Below are positions 18,842 through 28,092 of a stretch of 64,000 nt of DNA, in pieces. The DNA is taken from contig CAZZHR010000001.1 of the NCBI GenBank assembly GCA_964654205.1, positions 1,953 to 65,952 on the forward strand, given 5' to 3'. This stretch comes from an uncultured Candidatus Saccharibacteria bacterium (GTDB lineage Bacteria; Patescibacteriota; Minisyncoccia; Phycocordibacterales; UBA2100). Both the position numbers and the translations under genes were made by a program. The stretch's first letter is position 1, and every line of letters begins with the position of its first letter. The notes below the pieces were generated by a model. That model was not told the DNA's origin, searched no databases, and saw nothing but the letters and a program-made list of their open reading frames with translations.

Positions 18842-20503
18842 CTATTGTCGCCACTGCTGCTTCCAGGTATCGAGCGTCGCCTGGTTGTTAACGTTGCACC
18901 AGCCGCTCCCCTCCTTCCAGGCCTGTTCAGTATTCGTGCGGAAGGTCTCCTGATTCGCCTGCACGTCGTCTTTGACTCTCTGGTCAGCCTGGAGTTGCGA
19001 CTCGTTGTTGCGGATGAGGCCGCTGGATACCAGCTCGTCGAGCTGGCGCAGCGCCACACGCTGTGCTTCGAGTGATGCGGTGTTGGTGATGCCTGCGATG
19101 AGTCTGTCCACGCGCTCTATAGCTTGGTTTGCTCGCTGTAGGGATATATCGGTCGAACTTGCCTGCGCGCCGATAGAGCTATTGCGGACGGCCTGCGTGG
19201 AGAACGCAGTGGATGTCGCTACTTTTAGCTTGCCTGCCGAAGGGCAGTTGGTGTTGTCGCCCTCGCCCGTGCAAGTGACCACTTCGGTGCATGTCTTGTC
19301 GGCGGCGAGCGGTCCTGCACACACCTTCTGGATGATTGCCTCCCAGCACGCGGCTTCCTTGCCGCGCAGGTCTGTGATGGTCGCGGCAAGGATACCGAGT
19401 ATCGCCTCGGAGAGTTGCTTGTACCCAAGCTCGACGCGACGCGCACCCGAGAGTATTTGGAGCGCTGCGTTGGTCGCTGCGTCGCGGAGTCCCGCGTTGG
19501 CCTCGCGCACCACTTGGTCGAGGTACGAAGGCTGGCTTCCCGTTTGCTGCATAAGACCCTGGATACCCCTGCTGTCGCCTATGACCTGAGAAATCATTCC
19601 GGAGAAGAGTGAGCCGACCATCTGGTCGATGTCGTTGGAATTTTCGAGCTGTCTGTAGCCTGTCTGTAGAAGCTGGGTGATGTTGTCGCAGACGATGGAG
19701 CCTGGGGTTACCGTGACGCGGTTGCCGTACTCATCGATGCGCTCCACCGGGTGGCAGCCCTGTCCCATCTGCGCGCGCAAGAGCAAGTTGTCGGCAGAAC
19801 TGTTCGCAACACCATTGAGTCTCTCGCTCGCGAGAGTGTACGCGAGTATCGGGTCACAGCCCGGCGTGCCGATGGCATTGAGCGCTGCCCACACCGATCG
19901 GTCGGGTTTTCCACTATGCACGGTCGTGATATTGCCCGCGTAGCCGCAGTCGAGAATGGAGTTTGGCTTGTTGCGAGCGGAAATGTAGCTCTGGACGGTC
20001 GCGCGCGCCACGGCGCTGCGAAGCTCCGGCTTCACTGCATCGAAGAAACCGCGGTTGACCTGTACTCCCACCACTCGGTCTCGCTCGGCTTGTTTTTCTG
20101 CCTCGATATCCTGGGGGAAGAACGGATTTCCATCTCTCCCCGTCAGGAATGTTGCGAGACCCTGCTTTGCAAGACCCGCGCTTGCTGCTTCGCGCTGCCT
20201 GTTCACCACGCCGCGGAGCACGCACTCCTTGTACACGAGGTAACCCGTGTTGAGCGTGACCGCCGCGTCGTTGACCGGCACGTACACGCCGCCGACCGCC
20301 GAGAGCGCGCCGACACTCATTGAGTACGAGCCCTGGAGCGAACACCCGAAGACGCCGTTGCGCTTGAACGCGTACGTGTCCGAGAAGTCGACTTCGCCCG
20401 TACCCGTAACTTCCACATGGCCGGGCTCGTGGTTTGCCGAAGTGAGGTTCGGAAGCAGCAGCGTTGTCGAAAGAAAGAGCGCTATGAAAAATCTGTTCCT
20501 CAT
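18842..20503 (-). CDS. secreted hypothetical protein (553 aa, Cys-containing)
   Basis: ATG start; signal peptide MRNRFFIALFLSTTLLLPNLTSA; multiple Cys pairs; stop abuts the VirB6-like start. Confidence 0.55.
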   Translation of the reverse strand: MRNRFFIALFLSTTLLLPNLTSANHEPGHVEVTGTGEVDFSDTYAFKRNGVFGCSLQGSYSMSVGALSAVGGVYVPVNDAAVTLNTGYLVYKECVLRGVVNRQREAASAGLAKQGLATFLTGRDGNPFFPQDIEAEKQAERDRVVGVQVNRGFFDAVKPELRSAVARATVQSYISARNKPNSILDCGYAGNITTVHSGKPDRSVWAALNAIGTPGCDPILAYTLASERLNGVANSSADNLLLRAQMGQGCHPVERIDEYGNRVTVTPGSIVCDNITQLLQTGYRQLENSNDIDQMVGSLFSGMISQVIGDSRGIQGLMQQTGSQPSYLDQVVREANAGLRDAATNAALQILSGARRVELGYKQLSEAILGILAATITDLRGKEAACWEAIIQKVCAGPLAADKTCTEVVTCTGEGDNTNCPSAGKLKVATSTAFSTQAVRNSSIGAQASSTDISLQRANQAIERVDRLIAGITNTASLEAQRVALRQLDELVSSGLIRNNESQLQADQRVKDDVQANQETFRTNTEQAWKEGSGWCNVNNQATLDTWKQQWRQ

Positions 20504-21327
20504 GGTGTTTTTTGGCTGTAGTAGTTGCCAAGTGCATCGAAAGCGTAAAACATTTTTTGCTCCGCGGTGTTGTAGCTGCGCAGAAGCGCGACGGTCGCGA
20601 ATGCGTCGAGATCTTTCCTTGCCATGGCGTCGAGCGTCGCGTCGAATTGCGAAAGCGCGTTGAGTACATCGAGGTGGTAGTTGAGCGCGTCGCGCGGTAT
20701 GACCACGGAGGACGCGTTCGAGAGCGCCTTCTCATAGTTGAGCGCGACCTGTGTGAGTGTATCCAGGTGGGCATCGTCGCTCGTCTCGATGTAGCGAGCG
20801 AATATATCGAGCTCGGACTCGGTGTTCTCGAGAAGCGGCGCAAGCGCGTCTCGCATGTCGCCGCGGTATTCGAGCATGCGTTCGCGCGAGATGTCGGTGT
20901 CTGTGCGCACGTCGGTCGACGTGTACATCTTGTATGAAATAACAGCCTTGACGTTGCGCGCAATGTCCTCGGCCACGGCGCTCCCTGATTCGGGGGAGTA
21001 CGCGCCGCCCTCGACAAGTCCCGCGTATTGCCCCACGAGCTGCGCGACTACGACGGGTCCTATCATCGCCACGGGGTCGTTTTCAGAATTGCTGCTCGTC
21101 TCCGAGGTCGTCGCGAGTCCGAGCAAAACGAGTTCTTGCTGCCACGAAGCGTCGGTACCCAGAATCGTCTGGTCGGTGTGCGCTTCAGCCTCCACGGCAG
21201 CCGGCCGCACGACGTCTGTGACAAGGAAACGCAATTGGAAGAGAAGCGCACCGATAAGGAGTACGACAGAGAGCGCTGCCGTTACGGTGATGCGAGATTG
21301 AAAGATGAGATGGAATACACGCACGAT
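20500..21327 (-). CDS. N-terminally membrane-anchored hypothetical protein
   Basis: The likely GTG start gives VFHLIFQSRITVTAALSVVLLIGALLFQL as a signal-anchor; the upstream 93 codons of the ORF-track model are R/S-rich and unlikely to be coding. Confidence 0.4.
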   Translation of the reverse strand: MVRVFHLIFQSRITVTAALSVVLLIGALLFQLRFLVTDVVRPAAVEAEAHTDQTILGTDASWQQELVLLGLATTSETSSNSENDPVAMIGPVVVAQLVGQYAGLVEGGAYSPESGSAVAEDIARNVKAVISYKMYTSTDVRTDTDISRERMLEYRGDMRDALAPLLENTESELDIFARYIETSDDAHLDTLTQVALNYEKALSNASSVVIPRDALNYHLDVLNALSQFDATLDAMARKDLDAFATVALLRSYNTAEQKMFYAFDALGNYYSQKTP

Positions 21328-21493
21328 ACAAGTATACCCCGTTGGATACGTGTCGTTCTGTGTTTTACCCACAAAACTAAGGATATTTTGTCGAAACGAA
21401 CTCGTGCGGCGCAGTGCGGGAGGATTTCGAGTGAAATACTCCGCTGTGGCGAACGCTCTGGAGCGGAATTTCCACCGAATTGAGCGGTATTTT

Positions 21494-22363
21494 CTACAAA
21501 CCACCTCCGCCCGAGAAGGTAAATATGCTTCCCGGATCGCCCGTCGAAAATTTGACCCCCGCGAGTGAGAGGGTGGTGGCGAGATCATTGAAATGGCCAA
21601 CCAGATCGTCGGCCTCCGCGTTGTAAGACGTAATCGCCGCTAAAAATGCTTCATCGCCACTGGCATCGGGGACCTTCTCGAGCGCTCTGCCGACGGCGAG
21701 GTAGCTCTCGGCGAGGGCTGTATGTGTGGCGGCAACGCTTGTCGGCACCTCTTCCATGCCGAGAAGGCTCTCCCCTACGGTGCGCAGACCCATCGCGACA
21801 AGTTTTACAGCCTGCCGCTTTTGTGGGTTCTGCCGGTCTTCCGCTTGGTCTCGAAGCGCGACAGGCGCATTTCTGTTGGAGTCCTCGTACGTTTGGACGT
21901 ACGATGCCGCATCATTGCCGTAGTTGAAAAGTGCCTGCTGCTCGGGCGTGCGCGAGACGCCCGCCGTGCTTGTGGCGATAAGCCCGCGCGGTATGAACGA
22001 ATAGGCCAGGCTCGAGTCAGCAGTGATGGTCGTGCTCTTCCCCCCAGCGGGTTCAGCGAGCAAGCTGAGCAGTGATTGAAAATCGAATGCTTCGCTCGAC
22101 TCGGCATCTGTCGAGGTGGTTTGCGACGGCGGAATATAAATCGGCGCTCCGTCGGTCGGGCTGCGTGCGTCTTGCATCGACTGAGAGATATTTTGCGGCG
22201 CGTATGACGTGGGGTTCAGAAGCGGAGCACCTGCGCCGCCCCACACTGAAAGCGGGCCAGGAGTCACGCTCGTGCGGCTCTCCACGACTATCGCGAAAAT
22301 CACGAGCAGGAGTCCGGCTGCCGCGCTCGCTGCGGCGTATGGGTGCATGACAAACCACGACAT
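21494..22363 (-). CDS. N-terminally membrane-anchored hypothetical protein (first gene of the T4SS-like operon)
   Basis: ATG at 22363; TM helix AAASAAAGLLLVIFAIVV then a hydrophilic extracellular domain. Confidence 0.45.
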   Translation of the reverse strand: MSWFVMHPYAAASAAAGLLLVIFAIVVESRTSVTPGPLSVWGGAGAPLLNPTSYAPQNISQSMQDARSPTDGAPIYIPPSQTTSTDAESSEAFDFQSLLSLLAEPAGGKSTTITADSSLAYSFIPRGLIATSTAGVSRTPEQQALFNYGNDAASYVQTYEDSNRNAPVALRDQAEDRQNPQKRQAVKLVAMGLRTVGESLLGMEEVPTSVAATHTALAESYLAVGRALEKVPDASGDEAFLAAITSYNAEADDLVGHFNDLATTLSLAGVKFSTGDPGSIFTFSGGGGL

Positions 22364-22411
22364 GCGCACATGATATCACTGGCGTGCGGAATGCGGTGCT
22401 ACAATTTGCGC

Positions 22412-22732
22412 ATGTTTGCGCGAGCTCTTGTCGCATCCGTGCTTCTCGCATCGCTTGCTGTGCCATCGGTCGCTGCCGCGTTTCCTTTCGGCGGACAAGC
22501 GTTTATCGTGCGTCCCTGTTACAACAATGCAATCTACGTCGGTCTCGGACCCCCGCGCGGCGGCCCGTTCGTATGGACTCCAGGGACACGCACGTACTCG
22601 TTTGGGCCGCCGACACATGCGGGACAATGGCTGCTCGGTCTCGCTGGCATCCCCTACTACTGCATTGTTTCTATCCAACCAGTCATCGTCTGGTCGGGCA
22701 CATACATCAACATGATGGGCTCGAGTAGATAG
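22412..22732 (+). CDS. small secreted hypothetical protein (~106 aa)
   Basis: Internal ATG gives the signal peptide MFARALVASVLLASLAVPSVAAA; followed by a hairpin terminator-like element at 22734-22758. Confidence 0.4.
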   Translation: MFARALVASVLLASLAVPSVAAAFPFGGQAFIVRPCYNNAIYVGLGPPRGGPFVWTPGTRTYSFGPPTHAGQWLLGLAGIPYYCIVSIQPVIVWSGTYINMMGSSR

Positions 22733-22910
22733 AAAAGTGTGCGGCGTACACTTTTCTCCTACTCGAGAGCCGGAACCCTGCGTAAGCAGGGTGAGGCCGG
22801 GCCGGCGCACTTCATATTTTGGAGCACGAAGTGCGAACAAAATATGTTAGTGACGGTGGCGCTCGCGTTAAGAAATTGTGTGTGGCCGAGTAGATAGAAT
22901 TGCGCGGTGT

Positions 22911-23675
22911 TCAAGTCAATGCCTTCGCCACTTCCTTCCACTGCTCGAGCGACATGTCCTCCGCGCGCGCTTTTTCGTGTACGCCTGCGGTCGTGAGTGC
23001 GCGCAGAGACTCGGCTTTCCCGAAGATAATCGTAAGGTTGTTCGCAACAAACTTCCTTTTGGAAGCAAAGCCTGCTTTCACGACGTGAAAGAAGTGCGAT
23101 TCATCTACATCACTGAAGAAGTCCTTAGAGATATTCTCCACCGCAAGAATGGCCGAGTCCACGCTCGGCGGAGGCGAGAAATGTTTCTTTGGAACTTTTT
23201 CGACAAGGCGCGGTGTCCCGTATGCGCGCACCGAAATCGAGAGAATGCTCCCCTTTTTACTTACGATGCGCTGGGCGACCTCCTTTTGAATGAGTAGCGC
23301 CATGGCGCGCGGTTGCGGCTCTGCAGTGAGAAACTTCCGGATAATTTCACCGGTGATGTAGTACGGAATGTTGGCCGCCAGTACATATGTTGTAAGTCCG
23401 AGACTTTCCGGCGTTACGTCGCGCACATCTGCCTCGACGATGCGCAAGCGCCCACTGGCAATTTCCTCGGCAAAACTATCGCCCAACAGTCGTACGAGCT
23501 CAGTATCTTTCTCTATCGCAATGACTTTTCCGAGTGCGAGGAGTTCCTTCGTGAGCGCTCCCTTGCCAGGACCAATTTCGAGTATGGTCTCTCCATCGTG
23601 TGGCCCCGCGGCGTGGGCGAGAGCTCGCGCTGCCCACGCGTGGACGAGGAAATGCTGCCCGAGTCGTTCTCCCAT
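22911..23675 (-). CDS. rsmA: 16S rRNA (adenine1518/1519-N6)-dimethyltransferase KsgA/RsmA
   Basis: LGQHFLVHAWAARALAHAAG...ILEIGPGKGALT SAM-binding motif; 254 aa. Confidence 0.85.
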   Translation of the reverse strand: MGERLGQHFLVHAWAARALAHAAGPHDGETILEIGPGKGALTKELLALGKVIAIEKDTELVRLLGDSFAEEIASGRLRIVEADVRDVTPESLGLTTYVLAANIPYYITGEIIRKFLTAEPQPRAMALLIQKEVAQRIVSKKGSILSISVRAYGTPRLVEKVPKKHFSPPPSVDSAILAVENISKDFFSDVDESHFFHVVKAGFASKRKFVANNLTIIFGKAESLRALTTAGVHEKARAEDMSLEQWKEVAKALT

Positions 23676-23684
23676 TTCTCTACC

Positions 23685-25592
23685 CTAGCGAATGGTGTCG
23701 ATATCGTCGAGGAGACCACGCTTCGGCGGTGTGAGTTGCGTAACGAGTCTCGCATCGATATCGTCGATGAATTCGGAAGGAATCGTGTACTCGCGCGAGC
23801 CATACTTCATGCGTTCGAGCGCGTAGGAAAGAAAGAGTCGCTTCTTTGCACGAGTAAGCGCCACGTAGAAGAGCCGCCTGTCCTCCTCTGGGTCGCGCTT
23901 TTCGTCCTCGCGCGTCGAGGGAAAGAGTCCCTGCTCGAGTCCGGTGACGAACACCGCATCGAATTCGAGGCCTTTCGATGCGTGGACTGTCATGAGGGAT
24001 ACCGCAGGCTTCTCTTCTGCAAGTTCGTCCTGGTCGCTCTGGAGCGCTGCCTCCTCGAGAAGTTTTTCTATGCCCTCAGGTGGGAGTCCGCCGGTTGGCG
24101 GGCTGTCATATTTCGTCGAGACGTTGATGAGCTCTTGGATGTTGCCGAGACGCTCCTCGCCGTCGTCCCGCTCGCGGTACATGCTTTCCATACCGCTCGC
24201 CTCGACAGCGTAGCGCACCGCCTCCGATGCCGGCAGCGTATCAATCGCATGCTTGATTCGCACGAGTGTGTCGCGGAATGCAGCTACCTTCGCGAGCGCA
24301 GCTTTCGGTAGCTCCGCGTCTTTTCCGTCGAGCAACTTGTCGAGCGTGACTTTGCCTATGCCGCGCGGCGGGACCGCGACCACGCGAGAAATATCCACGC
24401 GGCTCTGCGGATTCATCGCGGCGCGCAAATACGAGAGCGTATCTTTGACCTCCTTGCGCTCGAAAAAGCGAGTTCCCAGCACGCGGTACGGGACAGAGAG
24501 GTGGAGCATCGCCTCTTCTATCGCGCGCGACTGGAAATTCTCTCGGTAGAGCACCGCAATCTCGCTTGCGGGGGTGCCTTTTTCGATGAGTTCCATCGCC
24601 TGGCTCGCGATGAACCACGCTTCGTCTATTTCGTTGCGGGCGCCGTAGAGCACGATAGCTTCGCCGGTCTCCTTGTCCGTAAAGAGTTTCTTCGGTCGAC
24701 GGCGGACGTTTTTCTCAATGACGGAGTTTGCCGCAGCGAGGATGGTGTTCGTCGAGCGATAGTTCTGCTCAAGGAGCACGACTTTCGTGCCGGGAAAATT
24801 GTCTTCGAAGCCGAGCAGGTGCTCAATATCGGCGCCGCGCCAGCTGTAAATATTTTGATCGGTGTCACCCACGACGCAGATGTTGCGCTTTTCACCCGCA
24901 AGGTGCCTCGCTATCTCATACTGCGCGCGATTCGTATCTTGATACTCGTCAACCGTGATGTGCGACCAACGGTTCTGCAGAAGCGAGCGCGTGCGCTCGG
25001 AACTATTGAGCAGGCGGAGTGTTCGAAAAAGCAAATCGTCGAAGTCGAGTGCGCCCTCTTCGCGAAGCGCCTTCTCATACGCTGGCCAGACCTGCGCGAT
25101 AGCGCGTTCTCGAAAAGTGCGTGCCTTCGCTGCGTACTCGTCGGGTGATATGCCGTCACCTTTTTCTCGGGAAATGGCGGAGAGGAAGGCGCGCGGTGGC
25201 CAATTCTCGATGCCGAGCTTCTCGACCTCGCCTTTTATTGCGCGGATACTGTCGTCGCGGTCCCAGATGGTAAAGCCACGCGCAAGCCCGGCGTCCTGGT
25301 GGAATTCTCTGAGGAGGCGCACACCGAGCGCGTGAAATGTCGTCATGAGCGGCATCCCCCGCCCTTCGGGGAGGAGGCCGCGCACCCGATCTCGCATCTC
25401 CCCTGCTGCCTTGTTGGTAAACGTGACCGCAAGGATGCGATGGCTCGGAACTCCACTCTCTATTAAATGGACAATGCGGTGGGTGATGGTCTTGGTTTTT
25501 CCTGCCCCAGCCCCGGCGACGATAAGCAGGGGCCCATCAGTGTGAAGAACCGCCTCTTTTTGGCGGTCGTTCAGACCATCGAGATACTTCAT
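23685..25592 (-). CDS. pcrA: ATP-dependent DNA helicase UvrD/PcrA family
   Basis: GPLLIVAGAGAGKTKTITHRIV (motif I), VDEYQDTN (motif II) and C-terminal UvrD motifs; 635 aa. Confidence 0.9.
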   Translation of the reverse strand: MKYLDGLNDRQKEAVLHTDGPLLIVAGAGAGKTKTITHRIVHLIESGVPSHRILAVTFTNKAAGEMRDRVRGLLPEGRGMPLMTTFHALGVRLLREFHQDAGLARGFTIWDRDDSIRAIKGEVEKLGIENWPPRAFLSAISREKGDGISPDEYAAKARTFRERAIAQVWPAYEKALREEGALDFDDLLFRTLRLLNSSERTRSLLQNRWSHITVDEYQDTNRAQYEIARHLAGEKRNICVVGDTDQNIYSWRGADIEHLLGFEDNFPGTKVVLLEQNYRSTNTILAAANSVIEKNVRRRPKKLFTDKETGEAIVLYGARNEIDEAWFIASQAMELIEKGTPASEIAVLYRENFQSRAIEEAMLHLSVPYRVLGTRFFERKEVKDTLSYLRAAMNPQSRVDISRVVAVPPRGIGKVTLDKLLDGKDAELPKAALAKVAAFRDTLVRIKHAIDTLPASEAVRYAVEASGMESMYRERDDGEERLGNIQELINVSTKYDSPPTGGLPPEGIEKLLEEAALQSDQDELAEEKPAVSLMTVHASKGLEFDAVFVTGLEQGLFPSTREDEKRDPEEDRRLFYVALTRAKKRLFLSYALERMKYGSREYTIPSEFIDDIDARLVTQLTPPKRGLLDDIDTIR

Positions 25593-25881
25593 TTGGGGAC
25601 TATACCACGGTGAATCGTTCCATCTTCAGCATGGCTCTGTTGAGCCACATTATGGGTTGACTTTCGTGTTATCCACCGCCCCGCTCGATTATGAATTGAC
25701 GCTGAAGACCCTCCGCCGGTATTGTGTATGGAACGGTGGCACATACCGATAGGAAGTGGCTCCCCTCCGATAGCAAAGAGTAGCGGCCAAGAGAAGCAAA
25801 TCTGCCCGTGCCATCGCCAAATTTAGGCTTATTTCGGGTATACAACGTGATTTTCCGAGGGGTCGCAAGGCCTCTTCGGGA

Positions 25882-26922
25882 ATGAAATATCGCTCAGCAA
25901 AGCTCGTCGCGAGGGCGGTCTCTCTCATTTCACTCATCATCGTTGTGGGTAGCCTCTACCCCGCGGTCGCCAGGGCGTCGGTTCTGAGCGCGATTCTCGC
26001 ATCTATCAAGGGCAACTTCGCGGATGCCGGGAGCGTACCCCAGACCGGCAACGTCCAGACCATGGCCTTCCTGAAGCCCGCCATGAACATCGACCCGACT
26101 CGCGCACGCGGTGGTGGCGACATACAGATAGTCGACGATTCCGCACTCCTCCCGGAGGAGGGTCCGGCGGGAACCATAGCCGATATCGAGAAGCCCAAGA
26201 ATTCGACCATCAGTACCTACACCGTGCGCGAGGGGGATACACTCTCTGGCATCGCGCTCATGTTCGACGTCTCCCCCAACACCATCAAGTGGGCTAACGA
26301 TATCCCGCCGAGCGGGACTATTCGCGTGGGGCAGCAGCTGACCATCTTGCCGGTCACAGGTGTCCGCTACACGGTGAAAAAGGGTGACACACTCGCAACA
26401 ATCGCCAAGAAGTACAGTGCCGATACAAGCGAAATTGCCAACTACAATGGCATCGAGGGAGCGCTCGCCGTCGGCGAAGTGATAATCATCCCCAACGGAG
26501 AGATGCACATCGAGACTCCCGCAAAGACGGTCGCCCGTGCTACCGGAGCGGTCACCTACACCACGGGCACGCAGGTTGGCTACTATGCCTCGCCGGTCGC
26601 GCGCTACGTAAAGACGCAGGGCATCCACGGGTACAACGGTGTTGACTTCGGTGCGGCCGCCGGAACGCCCGTCATGGCCTCGGCTGCTGGCGAAGTCATC
26701 ATTGCCAAAGGCACTGGCTACAACGGTGGCTACGGCATCTACGTCGTCATCCAGCATGGCAACGGCTCGCAGACGCTCTACTCGCACCTCTCGCGTCTTG
26801 CCACGAGCGCCGGCGAGTTCGTCGAGCAGGGTCAGGTCATCGGCTACGTCGGTTCGACAGGTCGCTCGACGGGGCCACACCTGCACTTTGAGATTCGCAA
26901 CGGCATTCGCAATCCGTTCTAA
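25882..26922 (+). CDS. LysM-domain M23-family peptidoglycan endopeptidase
   Basis: Signal anchor, two LysM repeats (YTVREGDTLSGIAL..., YTVKKGDTLATIAKKY), and a C-terminal M23 domain with HxxxD and HLHFE motifs. Confidence 0.85.
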   Translation: MKYRSAKLVARAVSLISLIIVVGSLYPAVARASVLSAILASIKGNFADAGSVPQTGNVQTMAFLKPAMNIDPTRARGGGDIQIVDDSALLPEEGPAGTIADIEKPKNSTISTYTVREGDTLSGIALMFDVSPNTIKWANDIPPSGTIRVGQQLTILPVTGVRYTVKKGDTLATIAKKYSADTSEIANYNGIEGALAVGEVIIIPNGEMHIETPAKTVARATGAVTYTTGTQVGYYASPVARYVKTQGIHGYNGVDFGAAAGTPVMASAAGEVIIAKGTGYNGGYGIYVVIQHGNGSQTLYSHLSRLATSAGEFVEQGQVIGYVGSTGRSTGPHLHFEIRNGIRNPF

Positions 26923-27027
26923 CGTACGTCCAGTATGCACTCATTTTTAAGCGCAGCACTAAACTTCCTTCGCTTTCTGATGTAGCCGGATTTGGCGCAT
27001 CCGCCGCGCCAGTGTATCCTGGGGTAC

Positions 27028-28035
27028 GTGTCGAAACTGACCGTAGATGTGATAGTCGATCTCCAGTACGGGGATTGCGGCAAGGGCAAAGTCTCCCACT
27101 ACCTGAGCAAGAAAAATTCATACACCCACGTGCTCCGCTACAACGGTGGCTGCAATGCAGGGCACACCATTTTTCACAAGGGCAAGAAATTCGTCACACA
27201 CCACATTCCTGCGGGTGTTTTTTTTGGCGTTCGTTCCGTCATCGGCAATGGCTGCGTGCTGGATCCCGAACAATTCTTCCGGGAGATACGCATGCTGGAG
27301 AGCGGCGGCGTTCGAACGAAGGGCAAGATTTTCATCGCCAGTAATGTGCACGTCATCACCGATGCGCACAAGGCGGAAGATAAGAAAAAAGGCGGGAAAA
27401 TCGGCACGACCGGCCGCGGCAACGGGCCTGCGTACCGCGACAAGTACGGTCGGACGGGAGTGCGCGCCACCGAAGTGCAGAGACTCAAGCCTTATATTAT
27501 CGATTTGTACAAGGAGTGGCACGCAGCGAAGAAGCCGGTCGCTATTCTCGCCGAGGGCGCACAGGGGTTTGGGCTCGACATCGATTGGGGCGACTACCCC
27601 TTCGTCACTTCGAGCCACTGCACCACTGCGGGGGCGCTCCTCAACGGACTCCCTGCTTCGGCGGTGCGCGATGTGTGGGGCGTCGCAAAAATTTACGAGA
27701 CGTACGTCGGGAGCAAGAAGTTCCAGCCAAAAGGCGAGGTCTTCGACAAGATTGGTGATATCGGGGAAGAATTCGGCTCGACGACCGGCCGCCGCAGGCA
27801 ATGCAACTGGATGAACATGCAGACGCTTGAGCGGGCAATCCGAGTCAATGGCGTAACGCACCTTGTCTTCAACAAGATGGACGTGCTCCGAGAAGTTGGT
27901 CAATGGGCAGTGATAGACGTCGGTAAAGTCCGGAAGTTCGGCTCAGAGAGAACGATGAAGCAGTTCGTCACGAAACGGCTGAAGCCACTCGGACTCAAAA
28001 GACTCTATTTCTCTGAACACAAGGATCGGATTTAA
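27028..28035 (+). CDS. purA: adenylosuccinate synthetase, short form
   Basis: P-loop DLQYGDCGKGK (canonical QWGDEGKGK), GNGPAYRDKYGR, and a C-terminal GTP-binding region. The GTG start at 27028 aligns with the canonical N-terminus; the TTG-start ORF begins at 26992. Confidence 0.8.
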   Translation: MSKLTVDVIVDLQYGDCGKGKVSHYLSKKNSYTHVLRYNGGCNAGHTIFHKGKKFVTHHIPAGVFFGVRSVIGNGCVLDPEQFFREIRMLESGGVRTKGKIFIASNVHVITDAHKAEDKKKGGKIGTTGRGNGPAYRDKYGRTGVRATEVQRLKPYIIDLYKEWHAAKKPVAILAEGAQGFGLDIDWGDYPFVTSSHCTTAGALLNGLPASAVRDVWGVAKIYETYVGSKKFQPKGEVFDKIGDIGEEFGSTTGRRRQCNWMNMQTLERAIRVNGVTHLVFNKMDVLREVGQWAVIDVGKVRKFGSERTMKQFVTKRLKPLGLKRLYFSEHKDRI

Positions 28036-28092
28036 CCAGTGTACCCGTACACTCGGCAGTGCTTCACGTTCTCGAGACTCATGTCGCAGCGA

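Noticed and set aside
25593-25881. c-di-AMP (ydaO-type) riboswitch upstream of the LysM-M23 peptidase gene
   Set aside because: The gene class is typical for ydaO control and the leader has hairpins, but I cannot align the conserved ydaO helices or consensus nucleotides by eye. Rfam cmscan would be needed to support it.
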